NCBI GenBank assembly: GCA_051530055.1
Contig: CM121341.1
Span: 4,380,784 to 4,444,783, forward strand
Length of the DNA stretch: 64,000 nucleotides
Reading direction: 5' to 3'
Origin: Neoechinorhynchus agilis
Taxonomy: Eukaryota > Animalia > Acanthocephala
Shown piece after piece: positions 58,000 through 64,000 of this stretch (position 1 is its first letter; the number at the start of each line of letters is the position of its first letter). The notes under the pieces were generated by a model. That model was not told where the DNA came from and searched no databases. It was given only the letters and a program-made list of their open reading frames with translations. A program made the position numbers and the translations under genes.

Positions 58000-59729
58000 T
58001 TATTGTTCATCGTCGCCAGAATCATCACTTTCTTGGTGTTCAAGATGCTCATCTTGACCTCCCGATGCTTTTGAGACACAAGGAGGGCAAATCCATTTGA
58101 AGCCGATAACATCGTCGGCCAATGGATCCAATGGTGGATTTAAGCATGCTTTATCGAATTTCTTATGGCACGTCGAACATTCCATTTGAAATGATCGCCA
58201 GTTGCTCTTTTTGCAAATCTCGCAAGGCTCATTGATTGATTGTGATATCTTGGCTACTTCCTCGTTGCCACCATTATTGGCGATCAATATTTGTCGTCGT
58301 GTAGCATAACCAATGCGCGATTGATCTTCGAATCGGATATCGCACAATTGTAAAACTTCGTTAATAATCATCGCAGCTGCCTGAGTTTCTCTGTATCGAT
58401 TTACGAAATCGGACGTTTTCTCGGACTCATAAAGTAGTCTGGCAAGCAGATCCATCGAATCATCGAGTTCTGATTGCAACTCAGCGATCTGTTCTTCACG
58501 TCGAACAACATAATCGTAGTATTGATCGGAAATGGAAGGGAAAACTCGCATGCCGTCTTCAAGATCGTCGCATGAAATCATTTCTTCGTACTCCACAAGA
58601 CGGCGTTTACGGGTTTTCGCAAGAAATACAGATTCAACGAGGTCTCTTGTTCTGTTTATTCTACATGGATTTCCATCTTCGATTACATTGTGATTCACGA
58701 TCAATTTGCTGGACTCGTTTTGAACTTCTTTGATTCTAAAGGCCAGATTTGCGTTGATCTCATTAACTGCAATTCGTCGCTTTCTCGATTCTAGTTTTTC
58801 GGCATGGACCATGCAATTACTTTCCGGTTCATCGTGCTTAATAGAAATAAATCAATAAAAAATGATTTCTCAATAAAAAAACGACATACTATTTTACTAG
58901 GCATTCCAATAAGGCCGCGTTGATATCCGCAGGTTACATGAAAAGCCGTCTTACACGTCCCAGATTCACAGCGAACCCGAACTCCGGACGATTCTACTTG
59001 CTGATCGGTGCAGTATTTACATGGCTAAAAGAAAAATTGCTTAAAAGTACAACGAAAGTGAAGGTCACCGACCGGCTGAGTATATTGCGAATTTGGAATT
59101 GAGTCTAAATCAATATAGCCAATTGATCGAAGTTGGGATTGTGTGAGGTGTTGGATGAATATGGCGCAAATTAGATGGCAATATCTAATTTTAGGGAAAT
59201 TAGTCGCTTTTATTATTTGAAAAAAAGCTCACCTCTTAGTATTAGTTCGCTTCAGGACTCCAGAATTCTCATTGGGGCATAATTCACAATGAGGACGGAG
59301 ATTTCCATCTTTGCAAGGATCACACAACCATGTTTTTGTTCCCATTGATTCCTCGGAAACACCATAGCAGAATTTATGAACATTTTTTGAGCATTTTGAA
59401 CATTTGAGGATGGGATTTATACTTGAACTTAAATTAGAGTTTAAATGTAAAGTGTAAAATCATTGAACGAACCTCGAAGAAGTAAGACAGATTCCACACG
59501 AATCCTTACTTGATTTTACACGAGAAGATGAAGATTTTGGAGTGCTTAAATCGTCACTTTGGCCAGAATCGCTCCGTGAGTCCGAATAGAAACTCATCGA
59601 GTCACAAGTTTCCTGCTGGTATTCTTCGTCATCGGAACTGATGTTTGAAATGTTCAATTCGACGGGGTTTCTTTTAAAAGCGGCCAGTCGTTTTGGGCGC
59701 TTGGCTGAAGAAGGAGAAATGTCGGACAT
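58000..59729 (-). CDS. PHF14: Copy 2 of PHF14-like gene, intact (511 aa)
   Basis: Same five exons at an offset of 15890 bp; lacks the 33-bp duplication seen in copy 1. Confidence 0.85.
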
Positions 59730-61890
59730 TTTTGTCGTTGGAGAATAGACTTTTTAATGATTAAAGGGATAACTCAAATCTGAAATTCGTTAGCCAGTGC
59801 GAATCTTTGGCAAATTTCAAAGCGTTTTGCAATCGAATAGAGATCTTCAAATAAAAATGGAGACTGTCAAAATGGGGTTTTGTCTACGATTTGTGCTTCT
59901 GATCGAGATTTTCTTTGCTTATTTACCATGGACGAAATAGTGGTGCTTTAAAAAATAGGATAAGAATTACAGCGAATTTTTATTTAGAAAAAAAACAGTC
60001 AGTGAGTAGATAAGAGTTTTCCGTGCTATCGAGTAATACAAGAAATGATTATAGATTTCCGATCACTACGACTTTAAGCCAATTAACAGCAATTCTTAAA
60101 AACGCTCTCGAATTTGGCATCGGTGACACTTTAGAAGGCTTTCTCAATGGATTTCGTATCCGAGGCAGGAATTTTTATCTTCAATGATTCCGTGCCATAG
60201 AAATTATCACGTTTCTCAAGTATTGGAATGAATAAAAACGATCAGAATGCGTGGTGCAATGATCTCTTTACGGCTCCAAATTCCGCTCACCTCAATTTTC
60301 CACTAGCGTTCAATCTCACATTTACAATGTTCACGAGATCAAAATGATAAACGCCATGCCAATAAAGAGAAACCACGTAATCGTCAAATTATCCTTGAAA
60401 CGAACGGAAAATATCCAAGTTACTCTAAGAATTTACAAATCCTTTGTTTTTTTGAATAATTTGTTCATCAATACATTTACGAGCTGTATTCTTGCTTTGA
60501 CAACGATGTTCAAAACGTTTGTAAGATTTATTCCATTTTGCAACAATTTAAAAACGAGAGACCATTTGAATGAAGAAGTGAGACGATTTTCTGAGGTCCA
60601 ATGATGTTATTTATGAAATTATTTCGTCCAAAGTGAATTGCTCAATCGTTTTCGAAACACATTCTTTGGTGCTGTAATTTTCATTGGCATGATCGTTATT
60701 TGAAAAATCTCTCGACTTTTCTATGACTTGTATTCCACTCACATTTTCTACCGTTGAAATCACTGTCAATAATCAAGAGAAAAAAATGGAGTTTTATTAG
60801 TTATCCTGAATTGGAATCGGCTATTTCTTAGTTCCTTATTTATATAAATGGCTTTTTCAAATAATTGGCCGATTAATGCTGATTTTCTGCGGCTTTAAGC
60901 ATTGCTTTTTTCAGCTTGTTTCCGCTAAATAGTCAATACGAATCGGAGAATTTGATTTTAATGTGCTAAAAATTAATACGCTTAATTTTGCAATTTTTGC
61001 CTTAGTCGTGAATTTTTATTGTGACTCAAAATTTAACAACAAATCTTTTCGAGTCGACAATCGTCTACAACTTTGCGTAGTGCTTTAAGATAATATAAAA
61101 GCTCAAACAAAACTTTGATGCAGTTCTCGTTTAAAACGGATTCCTGCCATGCATGCAACTTTGTGATCGAATTGGTCGCTGCGGACTAATTGAAATAAAC
61201 TTTTTCATAGCTTATAAGAAATTTGTTTTTATCCGCCAGAATGTTGTAGTGATTTGGCGCTGCTGAACTTTGAGTAACTCGCTGTGTCAGAAGATAGAGA
61301 TCCCTCCATCGCTACATTGTCGCCATTCTGTCCACAATGAGATTGCAATCAGAATTGGCCATCGATTTGGGTTGCCCAAAGTGAAGAATCGGGAATTTAT
61401 TCGCTTCTTGACTACAATGTGAGTATTGGCCTCGGCGTCTTAACTTGATCCAACAACCACACTGAGCGCCATTGGGATTTTAGCCGGCAAAACTAAATAC
61501 TTGGTTATTCTCCAGTTTGTTCCTGAGACAATCTTAAGAACCTTGATTTTTGATAATCTTTTATCAAATTCAAGTAGTTACGAAACACATCGATGTTACC
61601 TTGGACCATCTTAGCGTCACAAACGAAATGGGAAATTTTAATGGTTTGGACGTTTAAAAACAAAATAGAGCGATTTATTGGTCACAAATTGAGCGATTAA
61701 TCAATTTACTGCTTCGTTTTAAAAGTACGAATGTTAAATTCCCATTTCAAAGCAATTTCTTAATCGCAAGTGCAAACTAATAAAGTTTCTTTGCTCAAGA
61801 GATACCGAATGGACGGGTAAATTGGGATTTCATTGAATATTTCATAGTGATATCATCCTAAGAATGAACGATAAACCTGATGCTTGGATA

Positions 61891-62312
61891 GGAACTTTAA
61901 TAAAAGCAAATCCACCAAAACAATATGTTAAAATTTATTTGCATTTGGACAATGCTTTTGTTCATATCTTTTAGGCGTTATTCATCAGGGCGTTTTTTAG
62001 CATACAATTCACATTGACCGCAATCGAGATTATTTTATGAGATTTACAAAGTATTTTCTGCACGTAAAGTCCTGATGCTCACGTTTAGGCTAGTAAATCT
62101 TAGGAACTTTAATAAAAGCAAATCCACCAAAACAATATGTTAAATTTTATTTGCATTTGAACAATGCTTTTGTTCATATCTTTTAGACGTTATTCATCAG
62201 GGCGTTTTTTAGCAGACAATTCGCATTGACCGCAATCGAGATTATTTTATGAGATTTACAAAGTATTTTCTGCACGGAAAGTCCTGATGCTCACGTTTAG
62301 GCTAGTAAATCT
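61891..62312. repeat. 212-bp tandem duplication (2 copies)
   Basis: GGAACTTTAATAAAAGC at 61891 and 62103. Confidence 0.9.
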
Positions 62313-62925
62313 TAAAACGAAAGTTTTAATTCAAACTAGAATTTAAATGATTTTTCCAACGGAGTATCGTATCCGTTTGAAGATTTTAAAATTTATTGTC
62401 TTGCAAAATAAGGTAATCTGATGAGCCTTGAGCAATCTTCTTGTAAAACTACCTTTATTTCCGAGAAAAAGAATTTGCGATCATTTCTATATTCGAAAAT
62501 CGTTCGAATTAATGGAAAAAATAGTTCCTGATAAGAGGCGTTTGCTGAGTTTGTATCACGTTTCGATCGATTCAATCCTCCGAAAATGAGTATTTAGTTC
62601 AAGCGAAAGATCGACGTTGAACTTTTCTTTTATGGCCCTTCTTTTTGTCTGTAGCGAGTACAATTTCTTCATTCACCAAATATTACTGAATAGAAAAATT
62701 AGGAACCTTAATTTAAAAGTCAAGCCTGAAATCAGCTATTTTTCTCTACTTATAAACTTTTTGCCGCCATATTAAACTTTGGCGCAACTATAAGATTTAA
62801 TGAAATGAAACTCTTTTTCGTTAAAATTGTAAGGGTCCCAAAAATCTCAATTTCTGTACTATTACTAACGTTGGGGCGATTGATCCAGCGAAAAATCAAT
62901 GAATAATAAGAAAAACCTAGAATAT

Positions 62926-63942
62926 TTAGGACACTTCATCAATCAGAATTTCTTTGATACGTTTTCCTTGCCATAATTTATGTTCCTTTAATCCCAGGAG
63001 ATAAAATACCGTCGGCAAAATATCGCCACCGCTGACCCAGTTCTGGATAATGTAATTCTCCTTCACTCCGGCACCAGCAAACATTACCGGAATCCTCAAT
63101 GTCTGATCGGATGTCTTTGAATGACCAAACTCTTCACCGCCATGGTCCGAGGAAAGGACAATGAGCGTTTGGGAAGAGTCGATTTCATCGAGAATTAACC
63201 CCAGTGAGTCGTCCACTCTTTTAAGAGCTTCGAGATATTCTTGAGAACACCAGCCATGCGAATGACCAGCGGCATCGACTTCATTGAAATATTCTCGAGT
63301 AGGTATCGAAAAGGAAGCCTTCGAAACCTTCTCGGCATAAATGAACGAATAAGATAACGGAATTTGTTTATCATTCATTACAGTCTTAAGAAACCTCACA
63401 GCATTTGTGGCAATCTCCAAACTGTGATCTTTGCATTTCTCCGATCGATCGCTATAGAATTCCCAATCAATGCTTCCTTTGATCGATTCGCTTCCCAGAT
63501 ACTTAAACCACGGCCAATCATATATCAAAGCTGTTTTAGCTTTGGGATTGGCTTGTTTTAGAACTCGAAATGCAGTAGGCAAATAACCGCCATCATCGAG
63601 TACTGAACTCACCAAATTAGAATGATTGAACGGTGGCCAAGGTGGAATCCAGGAATTATCGAGCATTCCGGTTCGCTCCACGTTCATTGAACACAACTGA
63701 AGCGCCCAGCACGGAGCGCTATAAGTTATTGGAGATGTGAGCCCCTTCTCAAGGGTCAAGGATCCTCGTCGTCCGATTCGGTGCATTATATTGTCCGGTT
63801 TGTTTTGACCAATATCCAAGCAATTCGGTTTGAGGCCATCAATTCCGATGTGAAGAACGTGTTTGATTTTAGTAGAGTTTGGCATCGCGCAGGAGCAAGC
63901 GATAAGCAATTCCACTACGCCGAGGAGGAGGAAATTCTTCAT
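62926..63942 (-). CDS. Secreted alkaline-phosphatase-superfamily (NPP/phosphodiesterase-like) enzyme
   Basis: Signal peptide. Metal and nucleophile motifs: HIGIDG, TYSAPCW, EVDAAGH, SDHGG, GH, DILPT. Confidence 0.88.
   Translation of the reverse strand: MKNFLLLGVVELLIACSCAMPNSTKIKHVLHIGIDGLKPNCLDIGQNKPDNIMHRIGRRGSLTLEKGLTSPITYSAPCWALQLCSMNVERTGMLDNSWIPPWPPFNHSNLVSSVLDDGGYLPTAFRVLKQANPKAKTALIYDWPWFKYLGSESIKGSIDWEFYSDRSEKCKDHSLEIATNAVRFLKTVMNDKQIPLSYSFIYAEKVSKASFSIPTREYFNEVDAAGHSHGWCSQEYLEALKRVDDSLGLILDEIDSSQTLIVLSSDHGGEEFGHSKTSDQTLRIPVMFAGAGVKENYIIQNWVSGGDILPTVFYLLGLKEHKLWQGKRIKEILIDEVS
63292..63336 (-). other. 45-nt in-frame hairpin insert, candidate stem-bounded intron
   Basis: TAT|GCCGAGAAGGTTTCGAAGG...TTTCGATACCTACTCGAGAA|TAT. 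Positions +3..+17 pair with -5..-19 (13 of 15 WC). Confidence 0.5.
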
Positions 63943-64000
63943 CACGAATCAGCGATGAGAGGAATTCGCAAACGCAAGAAGTCTTATATTTTATTGTAAA

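Larger units (their letters stand above)
52594..62466. repeat. Segmental duplication copy 2 (includes 60812-62197, absent from copy 1)
   Basis: Matches 36866-45168 with small indels. Confidence 0.95.

Noticed and set aside
1-64000. tRNA, rRNA, snRNA or spliced-leader RNA genes
   Set aside because: None recognised by eye; a covariance-model search was not possible.

Overview
AT-rich eukaryotic DNA. The gene content points to an invertebrate animal with short (about 40-55 nt) GT-AG introns; this is an inference. Genes on the minus strand: cytosolic arginyl-tRNA synthetase (5' part), ankyrin-type L-asparaginase (ASPG), a BTG/Tob protein, and a secreted alkaline-phosphatase-superfamily enzyme. 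An approximately 8-kb block occurs twice and holds a coiled-coil/TM gene, a two-Tudor gene and a PHF14-like gene. On the plus strand there is an unannotated spliced gene lying head-to-head with BTG. About a quarter of the window is tandem arrays with 61-559 bp units. There are also many decayed retroelements (CRE-like RT-RLE, L2/CR1, RTE, Penelope), and one CRE copy carries ISWI and ABCC gene fragments. Main discovery: four genes (ArgRS, ASPG, BTG, AP-family) contain inserts of 1357, 604, 95 and 45 nt whose ends base-pair in one fixed register (+p with -(p+2), always +5A/+6G with -7T/-8C). Removing each insert at that register leaves an in-frame, phase-0 junction. For ArgRS and ASPG no GT-AG pair gives both the frame and the family-matching spacing. 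This resembles euglenid nonconventional introns but in an animal-like genome, and it needs cDNA confirmation. All analysis was done by eye; no database searches were run.
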